A stretch of DNA of 64,000 nt. It comes from Selaginella moellendorffii (lineage: Eukaryota > Plantae > Lycopodiophyta). Location of the stretch: positions 5,606,360 to 5,670,359 of the forward strand of contig NW_003314261.1 of the NCBI RefSeq assembly GCF_000143415.4, read 5' to 3'. The translations under genes and the position numbers were made by a program. Below the pieces are notes generated by a model. The model was not told the origin of the DNA and ran no database searches. It was given only the letters and a program-made list of their open reading frames with translations. Shown here in pieces: positions 12,620-22,175 of the stretch; the first letter of the stretch is position 1; each line of letters begins with the position of its first letter.

Positions 12620-14597
12620 ATGGCGACCTCGCCCGCGCTATCCAGGGGGCGCAAGACGCCATCGCCAACGCACGACAACGAACCGCCCCTCGGCGACATC
12701 ATCGTGCTCAAGGAGCCCGTCTATCGGCTGCAATGCGTGGAGGAGGAGGCGGCGCACGCCATGGAGATGGGGGATTACGACAAGGCTCTCTATCTTCGAA
12801 TGCAGGTGAGAATCCTCCTTGCGCCGCCCGGGAGGGGTGTAATCTCGCGGTTCCAGGGCGTGGCGCTCGCGAAATTGTGCTTGGGGGATCCGACGACGGT
12901 GCTGGTGGAGTCGGAGGATTTGCTGGCCAAGGCGCACCTTAATCTGAGCAGCACTTACCTTGAGATGGTACCTTCCATCTGAAAATTCAAAAGAACAAAT
13001 AATCCACTCCATGCGATCTTTGTAAGTGGATTGCTTCTTGGACAAATCGCTGATGCTTGCGTTTTCGTGTGAAGCCAGACGTATTCAGATCAAGCTTGCT
13101 GGCATGCACAGAAGGTAACGATCGTGGGCATGTTTCACATGTTCACATGTTTTTTTCTTCTGTTTTCCAGGCAATGGAGCTTTGTGATCCCAGAAGAGGT
13201 GGCGAATCATCTAGCAATCTGCTCGTTCTAGCTCTTCTCGGGCTTGCCAAAGGACTCTTACAAAGTATGTATGGTGCTACTCACAACGTTTCGGAAATGT
13301 GATGCTTGCAGTGCAGAAGGAGATCTCAATTGCATCAACTATCTTCAAAGGGCGCTCGTTGTCAACCAAGATCTTCATGGAGAGGAGGTCTCAAAAGCCA
13401 AGCTTCTCATGTTTAAGTTTCTGCAACTCTCTGCATTTTACAGGATGTTTCAAATGCCGCGATTCATGAAGCTTACGGTGACTACTACATTTACCAAGGA
13501 GAAAGTAGAGATGGAGGTCCCGCCAGGAAGTCGCCCCAACCGCGGGATGAATCCGGCGTGGTCATGAGCGTCATCGATTACGAGCGCAATGAGTTCGAGA
13601 AGGCCATCGAGGAGTATCACAAGGTGGCTATCAAGCTCGTCTCCGGGTTCTCATTAATTAAGGCCTTTCCAACTTGTGTTTTGGCTAGAGGCAAGGGAGC
13701 TCGTCCAAAACGATACTGATGGTCCTCCAGTTCCTGCCGAAGAGCAACCTCCAAAGCTTTCTCTGGCGTCAATCTTCACCAAGATAGCCAGGGTAACGAG
13801 CCCTTCAAAGTCTCTGTGCGCATCCTGGTGTGTATTCAGGTGCCACTGGCATGTGACAGACTCGCGGGAAACAGACGAGGCACGAGGATGCCGTCGAGTG
13901 CTACCAGAAAGCTCTTGCAATCTACACTTCTTGCGCATTTCCGAACGAGCCAGCAATCGCACAACTTAACTACGAGCTTGGCTTCACGTATCACAAAGTC
14001 AAGGTAAGCACGGCAGATTGATTCTCAATTTTTCTTCCTCGACTGTGCAGAAGTACGAAGAAGCCTTGAAAGTCCTCAAAAAGGCTGCACAGTTTTGCGA
14101 GCAACAGCACGACACGGGCGGAGAGCACCCGCTAACGCTGCAAGTTATGAAGCAGCAAGGGATCACCCTCTACGACATGGGCGATTTGCAGCCAGCGCTC
14201 CAGACGTTTGAGGAGCTGGTGCAAATGCAGCGGACGCAGCACGGCGGTGGCAGCGTCATCGTTGCCGAGGTATCCATTTTTTCTCCAGGGGATGATGATG
14301 CTCTTGTTTACTTCTTGACACTCACTGCTCTATGCTTGGCAGACGCTCAAGTACTTGGGAGACGTAAGCATCGCCATGAAGAGCCCGGGAGAAGCGTGCA
14401 GCTACTACAACCGCGCGCTGAAGATCCTGCGCAAGAGGCTGGGATCGCACGACGAGACGGTGAGGCAACTGGTGAGCTACATCAAGCAACTCAACCTCGA
14501 GTCTGGAGGTGGCGGCGGCGGTGGAGGAGGAGGAACGCAGAGGCTGCAAGAGGCGTACAGGCCAGCCGGGCCTGCGATTCCAGAGGGACCCGAATAA
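12620..14597 (+). CDS. Tetratricopeptide-repeat protein, TTC23/TTC23L-like
   Basis: Multi-exon helical TPR repeats (YEEALKVLKKA..HPLTLQVM; LGDVSIAMKSPGEACSYYNRAL). The N-terminal ALAKLCLGD..LAKAHLNLSSTYL..QACWHAQKA resembles TTC23 as recalled. Confidence 0.7.
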
Positions 14598-14769
14598 AAA
14601 ATAAATCGACTTTAGTTTATCATGAGAATATCTAGTATATTCTACAGCAAAACCGATAGATTAGGGCTCTATAACGAAATATTGCTGCTAGAGTATATTC
14701 TACGAATATTTACTGGCATTAATTTCATGATTTAATTTAATTTCAGCGAAGAACCCTAGTTCTTCTGCG

Positions 14770-15732
14770 ATGGGAGCATTTCCCGCTTGGAGCGCTTGCC
14801 GGCGAAGATTCTCGCCCGATGACGCCTTCTTCAATGCAGGGAATGTGGAGCGAGAGCTTCAGGCGAAGCAGGTGATCTCGAAATCTCTTGCCCTTGCTCG
14901 ATCGCTGGCCCGTTTCGTCCGCGCTTCTTTCTTCCCTAGGTCTCGCTCAATATTTCCGAGGAGGAGAGAGCATACATTGGTCGGATCGAGGACGAAGACT
15001 GCTGGTATGTATGGTGTGATCGAATTTGTGGCAGCATTTTGATTCTTTCTTCTTCTCGTTGCTCGATCCATCCGTCCAGGCTCGTGAATTGCTCCATCGC
15101 TGGCTGTGGCGCTCAGCTGCGAGGCGTGGAAGAGCTGGAAAACCACCACCTCATTCGCCACACGGCGGTGTGCTCGGTTTGCTCCTCGTGCTTCCCAACA
15201 AAGCGGCTCCTCAGTCTACACATTTCCGAAACTCATGACTCTTTCTTCAAAGCCAAAGTGGCTCGAAATCATCCCATGGTAAGCTCAAGCTCGATCAAAC
15301 TTTTAGTTCCTTCTTTCACGCAAGTTCTTATAAGCTTTCGATTCTCTTCTTCTTTCAGTTCTAATGCATTGTTTTTTTTCCTTTCCCCAGTACGAGTGCC
15401 TTGTGGAAGGATGCCCCGGCGTGTTCTTCTCGGACAAATCTCGGAAGCAGCACCTGGTAGACAAGCACAAGTTCCCGTCCAGCTTCCACTTCCACAAGAG
15501 CACCAAGAATCATCCATCGCAGAAGCAGCGGCAGCGTTTCAAGGCCAAGAGCTACATGGACTCGGCTCCAAAGCCTGAGGAAGCGGCCATGAGTGTGGAT
15601 GTGGACGAGCTCTCCAGCGCCATCTCCAAGCTCACCACTGCTGCCGAGAGCGATCACGTCCCCCAAAGCATCAGCTTTGGACGAAAGCGCGGCGGTCTCG
15701 TCACTCGTCACTCTCGCCATCCTAGAAACTAG
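14770..15732 (+). CDS. C2H2 zinc-finger protein, ZNF511-like
   Basis: RRFSPDDAFFNAGNVERE; CSIAGC..HHLIRH; CSVC..LHISETHDSFF; YECLVEGC..RKQHLVDKHKFP; PQSISFGR. Confidence 0.88.
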
Positions 15733-15861
15733 TGCAAGATCATGGACCATTTCGATGATACGAATTTTTCCTCCATTCTCGAAAGGTACGGTTGTATATT
15801 TCTTTTGATAAGATAGACGAAGTATCAAAATTTTCAATACCCTTGAAAATTTTCGCAAGCG

Positions 15862-15935
15862 TGTCTGAGCCCAGGGTCGAACTGGGGACCTCTAGTGTGT
15901 AAGACTAGCATGATAACCAACTACACCACCCAGAC
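15862..15935 (-). tRNA. tRNA-Val(TAC)
   Basis: Reverse complement GTCTGGGTGGTGTAGTTGGTTATCATGCTAGTCT-TAC-ACACTAGAGGTCCCCAGTTCGACCCTGGGCTCAGACA folds into a full cloverleaf; T4 terminator just downstream. Confidence 0.93.
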
Positions 15936-15983
15936 TTAATTAGCGGTATTTACATGAATATACTAATTATTTTAATAATCACG

Positions 15984-16615
15984 TCACTCGTCTCCATCAC
16001 TCCCTAAAACTTCTTCGTCGCGGAGCTCATGGCCTTCCCCACCAGCGATCATCTTCCTAGAAGTCATCAAACACGAAAAAAAGAACCAAATCGAATCGAA
16101 TCGAATCGATCAAGCATCAGTTCACCTCTCGAGAATGAACTTGCCCTCCTTGTACTTTTGATCGTTCACCTGGGCAGTCACCTGCAAAGATCTCACTCAC
16201 AGTTCTTCCCAAACTTGCCACTCTTTTCTTCGCTGATTGATTACTTACATATTTCCAGCCCAAGATCTTCCGGCAGCAAATGCAATAGATGTCCGCGACC
16301 GTGTGCAATCCAGTTGTCATCTGTCGCTCTTCGAGCTTTCCAATCCCCACATTCACCCTGAAGAAAAAAAATCCATGAGAAAGAGCTCAAACTTCCAAAA
16401 ACTCTCTCTATCGTCTTACACTGTCTTGAAAAGATAGGCCGTCCCATGGCGGCAGTGGAAATTCTGCAAGAAACAAGGAACACGGATAATCTGAAAGAAT
16501 TTGAGGAGATCGAGGATGCCTTTGCCATGAGATCGCCGGGCGTCGCGAGATGGCTGTGGCAAATGCGGCAGCTGTAGATTTTGCCATCGAGGTGGATCAA
16601 GCACAGCCTTCCCAT
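15984..16615 (-). CDS. Yippee-like (YPEL) zinc-binding protein
   Basis: [64 protein letters not shown]. Confidence 0.93.
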
Positions 16616-16768
16616 GGCCTTAAACCCTTGGATGGCCTCACCTTGCGCAAGAAATTCACGATCAGTGAAGAAATGAGTGATCGATTGACCGAGCTCGAGA
16701 AGCCTTTCACTAATCCTAGACCTCCATAGCCACAATGACCTAAAACTCTGTTACTAGGGCTCTAGGTA

Positions 16769-18208
16769 ATGTTGCCAAGTTCTTCAGTCCCTCAGGTAGA
16801 TCCTGGGAAGGAGGAGGAGGCGCAGCTGCTGGAATCCTCGAAATATCATAGATCCGACGCCAATGGAGCAGCGCCGGCGCAATTCGGCGCTCCCGGCAAT
16901 GGATCCGCGACGGGCTACTCGATCCTGGAAATATCCACAGGTGAACGGCAATCCAGCAGCAGTAGCTCGGGATCTGGCGTCGCTGGCGCCGTTTTCAACC
17001 TCGCGACGTCGATCATCGGCGCGGGGATCATGGCGCTGCCAGCGACGATGAGAGTTTTGGGGGTTCCGCTGGGCGTGGCGATGATCCTGGCGATGGGCGT
17101 GCTCTCAGAGATTAGCTTGGAGATTGTGGTGAGGTTCTCGACGCAACTCAAGGCCTGGAGCTATGGTGAGATGGTAGGCGCGGCGTGTGGACGAGCAGGG
17201 AAGCTCGTCTCGCAGGTGTGTATCATAGTCAACAACAGTGGCATTCTCATCGTTTACTTGATCATCATAGGTGATGTTCTCTCGGGATCTTCCAGTGGCT
17301 CTTCCCACCACCCGGGCCTCCTCAAGAGCTTGGACAGAAGATTGGTGCTCCTCGCCACCATGTTGCTCGTCCTAGCGCCGCTCTCGTCGCTGAAGCGCAT
17401 CGATTCACTCCGCTTCTCCTCCGCGGCTTCGGTAGCTCTAGCGGTGGTGTTCGTCATCCTCAGCTCCGGGGTGGCGGTGGTGAAAGGGATCCAGGGAAAG
17501 CTCACGACTCCGCGGTCACTTCCGTCGCTGGCATCCAGGAAATCGGTGCTGGAGCTCCTCACCGTTGTCCCGATCATGACCAACGCATTCATCTGCCACT
17601 TCAACATCCAGCCGATCTACTGCGAGCTCAAGAACAGGTCTGCGGCTAGGATGAACAAAGTTGGCCGGATCTCCACGCTCCTGTGCATGAGCGTCTACAT
17701 CGCCACCGCGCTGTCGGGCTACCTCCTCTTTGGCGAGTCCACGGCCTCGGACATCCTCTCCAACTTCGACCACGACCTGGGGATCGCGGACAGCACGCTC
17801 ATCAACGACGTCATTCGCATCGGCTACGTCCTCCATCTCATGCTCGTCTTCCCGGTGATCCACTTCTCCCTCCGGCAAAACGTAGACGCGATCCTCTTCC
17901 CGGATCCAAAGCAGCAGCTCGCCGACAGCACGGTCAGGTTCTGGGCTCTCACGGCGTCGCTGCTCGCGATCGTGTTTGTGGGATCGGCCTTCATCCCAAA
18001 CATCTGGATCGCGTTCCAGTTCACGGGGGCCACCGCGGGGCTGTCTCTGGGATTTATGTTCCCGGCGCTGGTGGCGTTGAGGTTGAGCAAGGCGAGGGAG
18101 AAGGGATTGGAGTGTCTGGCGTGGACAATGCTTGTCCTTGCTGGGGTGGCCAGCTTCCTTGGACTGACGACCAACATTTACAATGTTGTGACGCACCATG
18201 TGGATTGA
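16769..18208 (+). CDS. Amino acid transporter, AAAP/AVT6 (SLC38-like)
   Basis: Intronless 479 aa. GAVFNLATSIIGAGIMALP, AFICHFNIQPIY, many transmembrane segments. Confidence 0.93.
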   Translation: MLPSSSVPQVDPGKEEEAQLLESSKYHRSDANGAAPAQFGAPGNGSATGYSILEISTGERQSSSSSSGSGVAGAVFNLATSIIGAGIMALPATMRVLGVPLGVAMILAMGVLSEISLEIVVRFSTQLKAWSYGEMVGAACGRAGKLVSQVCIIVNNSGILIVYLIIIGDVLSGSSSGSSHHPGLLKSLDRRLVLLATMLLVLAPLSSLKRIDSLRFSSAASVALAVVFVILSSGVAVVKGIQGKLTTPRSLPSLASRKSVLELLTVVPIMTNAFICHFNIQPIYCELKNRSAARMNKVGRISTLLCMSVYIATALSGYLLFGESTASDILSNFDHDLGIADSTLINDVIRIGYVLHLMLVFPVIHFSLRQNVDAILFPDPKQQLADSTVRFWALTASLLAIVFVGSAFIPNIWIAFQFTGATAGLSLGFMFPALVALRLSKAREKGLECLAWTMLVLAGVASFLGLTTNIYNVVTHHVD

Positions 18209-18528
18209 TTCAAAACAATATAAACGGATATACTGTCAACGTTGGAAGATTCTTATCTTGTATAACCCAACAATGAACATTAGAATTCTTTGATGAATGC
18301 AAGCCTAGGCAGATGACCAAGATCATCTCAGGAGGATCAGCTCCGGAGTACCTCTTTTTCGATGGGATCAAGACCTCTCACTATCCTTTTTGACGACAGA
18401 CCATCAGCGTCTATTGATCATCCGCTGGATCGCAAAGCTGCCTCTCAGGATCATTGTCACCAACATCTTCACGGTCAATGGCCTGGGATACAAGCTCTAT
18501 CTATGTCAATGATTAACCATTAATATAA

Positions 18529-18601
18529 GCCGGCCTAGCTCAGCTGGTAGAGCGCAAGGCTCTTAACCTTGTGGTCGTGGGTTCGATCCCCACGGCCGGC
18601 G
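18529..18601 (+). tRNA. tRNA-Lys(CTT)
   Basis: GCCGGCC-TA-GCTCAGCTGGTAGAGC-G-CAAGG-CT-CTT-AA-CCTTG-TGGTC-GTGGGTTCGATCCCCAC-GGCCGGC-G; complete cloverleaf. Confidence 0.96.
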
Positions 18602-18744
18602 AAACTGAGCGATGAATCTGTCGTGAGCTTTCAGGTGGATATCATCTGCAAGCAATCCAGCGGTCCTTCCCCGCAAAATGTTGACCGCTTGACCATTGGC
18701 TAGGGTGGTTTGACCAAGGATATGCTACGCCGATTCTTTGCCCT

Positions 18745-18791
18745 ATCCCACATGCCGAGGCGTGGAATAAAGGCACAAGAGCAGTATATAA
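18745..18791 (+). promoter_or_regulatory. Plant snRNA promoter: USE plus TATA (Pol II-type position)
   Basis: ATCCCACATGC at about -70 (consensus RTCCCACATCG) and TATATAA at about -30 relative to the U1 start. Confidence 0.8.
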
Positions 18792-18814
18792 GCCAGGGCC
18801 TGGGGAAGTGATCC

Positions 18815-18976
18815 ATACTTACCTGGACGGGGTTTATTGGTGATCATGAAGGCCAATGGCCTAGGTTCGGCCTTCCCATTGCACTCTGGCTTGGCCGGCC
18901 TACCATCTTCCCAAAGTGGAGGAGTGGACGTCGTAATTTGTGGAAGTTGAGGGCTCGCGTACGCGCGGCCCTCTCC
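18815..18976 (+). ncRNA. U1: U1 spliceosomal snRNA
   Basis: 5' ATACTTACCTGG; SL1 loop GATCATGAAG; SL2 loop ATTGCACT; Sm site AATTTGTGG at about 18935; terminal GC-rich hairpin. Confidence 0.95.
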
Positions 18977-19390
18977 AAATTCTATAATTAATAAGTTGAT
19001 TCTCTAGTATCCTCGTGCTCCGTAAACCCCTAAAACCCCTTCGTTTTGTTCTGTTGGCATCGGCTTCAAAGAAGAGATTTGAGCACAACTTTGGAGAATT
19101 GATAGATAGGTCCGCGACGCAAAAATCATGGAGTGGATCGCGATCCGAGCATGAAACTTGCAGAGAAGAACAAGGCTGGAAAGCAAAACAATGCTGCCAT
19201 TTTGTTGCCGATCACCGATCACCTTTACTGCCATTCACTGCGAGTTAACAAGTAGGTCGAAAGGTCGCCGCCATGCAAATCGAAAGTATTTCTAAGATGA
19301 AAGTGGACTAGATACCATTTGAAGAATTTATAATATGTATTATTGTTCTACAATGAATCTAATCACGACCTTACCGTGTCTCGGATGAAT

Positions 19391-20032
19391 TCAGCGATGG
19401 GAACAAACTCTTCGACAAGCCTGTTCGTCCAGCCGAAATGCCTTTTGGAGAACTTCTTCCGCGACACCACTCCCGAACATGGACGGGGCTATGGTCTGAA
19501 ACCCGGGCTTCTCGCTGTTTAGCACTGCAAAAGCCGACGCTGGACCCTCTCCCACATTGAGCTGCCAGTGGATGAGACCCCTCGGGAAGATCATCACCTC
19601 GCCCTTGGAGTAAACTCTCGCAAACGCCCTGTTGGCTGTGTCGATGAATCCAGCGTACAAGCGACCCCGGGTGATGTAGACGAACTCGGAGGCGCGAGGA
19701 TGCGTGTGAGGCGGGATGAGGCCACCCTCCACAAAGTCGAGCCGAGCAAACGCGAAGCCCTGCGTGTGGAGTCCCGGGAAAGTCTCGACGAAGGCTGGAG
19801 TGACGCTGGTGCCCGAGGGGCCCAGGCTGGGGTCGGCAGGAGTGAGCAAGCCGCTGAAGACGAAGTCGTCGATCGTCACGTTGGCATACGGCTTGCAGGG
19901 ATACTCGTTGAGCTGCGGATAGTCGAGGTCCGCTACACAAAAGTCCCGGACAGGATCGGGATTGGAAGACAAAACTTGTAGAGTAGACATAGATGCGTAC
20001 AAGACTGCAAAACAAAACAAGAACGTCGCCAT
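19391..20032 (-). CDS. Germin-like protein (cupin)
   Basis: Signal peptide, DPVRDFCVAD, GGLIPPHTHPRASE, GEVMIFPRGLIHWQLNVG; intronless. Confidence 0.95.
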   Translation of the reverse strand: MATFLFCFAVLYASMSTLQVLSSNPDPVRDFCVADLDYPQLNEYPCKPYANVTIDDFVFSGLLTPADPSLGPSGTSVTPAFVETFPGLHTQGFAFARLDFVEGGLIPPHTHPRASEFVYITRGRLYAGFIDTANRAFARVYSKGEVMIFPRGLIHWQLNVGEGPASAFAVLNSEKPGFQTIAPSMFGSGVAEEVLQKAFRLDEQACRRVCSHR

Positions 20033-21005
20033 ATGGCTATGTCGCTGGATTTGGAGGGAATCAAACTACATACCTTTGCAAGGTCCAAGGTCCAGAATAT
20101 AATGCAGCTTCGAAAAACAGACGTGCTGCCACGTTGCTCCCAACTTTAGCGAGTGGATGATAGCATGCAAACGTTGTAACTAAGCTCTTTTTTGCTTTCC
20201 CATTGGCCTTTAACTTCTGCCTCGCTGCAAAGAGGCCAAGGATCTCTTGGTGAGTATGCCTGGAGTTGCATGGGCAACATTTCTTAAATAAACAGAAAGG
20301 AAAGAGATCTTGAAGATGGTGTTGCAGCATTGACTGCAACCGCAAAGGATGGAACAATTATTGATTGTTGATGTGTGACTTGCTTGATTTTCTCATATGA
20401 AGTTTGAGCATTCTTCTTGGACTTGATCTTGTTGGCATTGTTGCTGCTACTCCTCCATCCAAAGCAGTTGATGAGCTTGTTGGAACTGAGATCCTGTTGA
20501 TTGCCCTTCATATCCACAGCATGAACTTGAGCCGTGGGTTTCCAAATTACAAAATTTTTATATCCCGGCTTTGTATAAAACGTTCCGTGCAAACCAAACA
20601 ATTGAGTCCTCGACATGCAAACGTGACTAAATATATCTTGAAAGTTGTCCCTGTCCCTGGAGATCACTGCGCACCGTTGCGAGAACCCAAGTTCTGGGAA
20701 AAGCATCCAACATTTAAGATATCTTGATAACAGTTTTGGTCAAAATCACGTTGTTGCTTGACTGCGCATGAAAAAATGACCTCTGAATCAAGAAGCGAGT
20801 GAATCATCTACTACGACTTCTATGATGATACCATATACGATTTTCTGGATTCCGCAATCCAGAAATTCTGAATTTCTGGATTCTGGATTCAGAACCTGCA
20901 ACAGTGCAACAGCTGGATTGCACGAGTGTGATCCTCCCACCAGCATTTTTTTTTCCGTATCTCAAAAATACTTTGGATTACTAGTTTTTACATGGCTGAA
21001 AAGAA

Positions 21006-21974
21006 CTACATTGAGCATGGATATGTCTGCCTTACAAATTTCATGTTTCCCAACTTGTAGGGAACATTTGACAAGAATTTGATGGGCTTGTTGCAGACAC
21101 GTCCAGAAACCCTCACCCATTTCACTCCAGAAAATCGCTCATTTTCAATATTCCAGTCAAACTGGCACTTTGAAACCGTCCTGTGACAACCATATGCATG
21201 TAGCTCGTTATCTTTTACCACCACCAACTGCTTTATTGGCTCTCCATCCAGCTTGCCAGATAAACACTCCCAAGAAGCAGTATCCTCATTCCAAAAGTAA
21301 AGCCAATTTCCACCACTGTCTTTGAACCATTCCATTTTCACCAATAATACCTTGTGTAAAACTGCCATCGCTGGCATTATGCCACTCTCAACCACACTGG
21401 TGGTAAAAGGTTGTCTCCAAACCCTTCCACAACTATTCAAATCCAAAAATCTACATTCCAAATTCACTGTTTTCACTATTTTGAAAGTTATATGCTCAAA
21501 AACACCCACAATTCCATCTTGAAACACAAGCAGTTTCTCAAGTCTGCAATTGCTAGGGAATTCTGCTAAAATACTCCACTCCTTTGCACCTAAATCATAT
21601 TTTCTTAGTGCCTTGCCATCTATTGCTACATAGAGGCAACCTCTAAGGTACACCATTTGGGGATTGCTTGAAAAGGTGGTGGTGCAAAGATCCCTCGTAA
21701 TTTGCATGCAGCTCCTCTCAGAAAAGTTAACAAGATGAGCTTGCCCAAGCTCTCGAGAGTACATGATCACAAACCCCTCGATACAACACACGACTTCCCA
21801 CGGTTTACCACCACCAATTGGGCATGGAAGTGCCTTGATCCCTAATATTTCATAAGGCAATTCTACCATCTTGTCCAACACTTCATTCCACTCTATAGAC
21901 ACGTCTTGCAAGCCTTGTCGAGTGCCCTTCTCCGCCCTTGACAAAATCACCGTCCATATCTCCTCTGGTACCAT
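21006..21974 (-). CDS. Divergent F-box-like protein with beta-propeller-like C-terminus
   Basis: Intronless. N-terminal MVPEEIWTVILSR..VSIEWN (F-box pattern); later CCIEGFVIM, VYLRGCLYV, YDLGAKEWSIL. Confidence 0.6.
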   Translation of the reverse strand: MVPEEIWTVILSRAEKGTRQGLQDVSIEWNEVLDKMVELPYEILGIKALPCPIGGGKPWEVVCCIEGFVIMYSRELGQAHLVNFSERSCMQITRDLCTTTFSSNPQMVYLRGCLYVAIDGKALRKYDLGAKEWSILAEFPSNCRLEKLLVFQDGIVGVFEHITFKIVKTVNLECRFLDLNSCGRVWRQPFTTSVVESGIMPAMAVLHKVLLVKMEWFKDSGGNWLYFWNEDTASWECLSGKLDGEPIKQLVVVKDNELHAYGCHRTVSKCQFDWNIENERFSGVKWVRVSGRVCNKPIKFLSNVPYKLGNMKFVRQTYPCSM

Positions 21975-22175
21975 TTGCAAAAGGTCAATAAACCCTAAAC
22001 ATTGGCTCTATCTTTATACTGATTGTTTAACTAGCCGTTATCTTCTGTGACTAGGCTGTTATAATTCATACGTGGCGCTGGTGTGGATGCCAGATAAGGC
22101 TTGTGTGCCACGTCGGCATGACATTAGGGCAAGGTCGTAGCTATGGATGAGAGCTAGAGAGGAGAGCTCCAGGGC

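Noticed and set aside
18602-18740. C/D snoRNA downstream of tRNA-Lys
   Set aside because: Only a degenerate C box (GCGATGA), with no properly placed CTGA D box or terminal stem.
20284-20706. Helitron/Pif1 helicase remnant (IFSHVCMSR resembling VFSHGQLYVALSR)
   Set aside because: Similarity too short; no other helicase motifs or Helitron ends.
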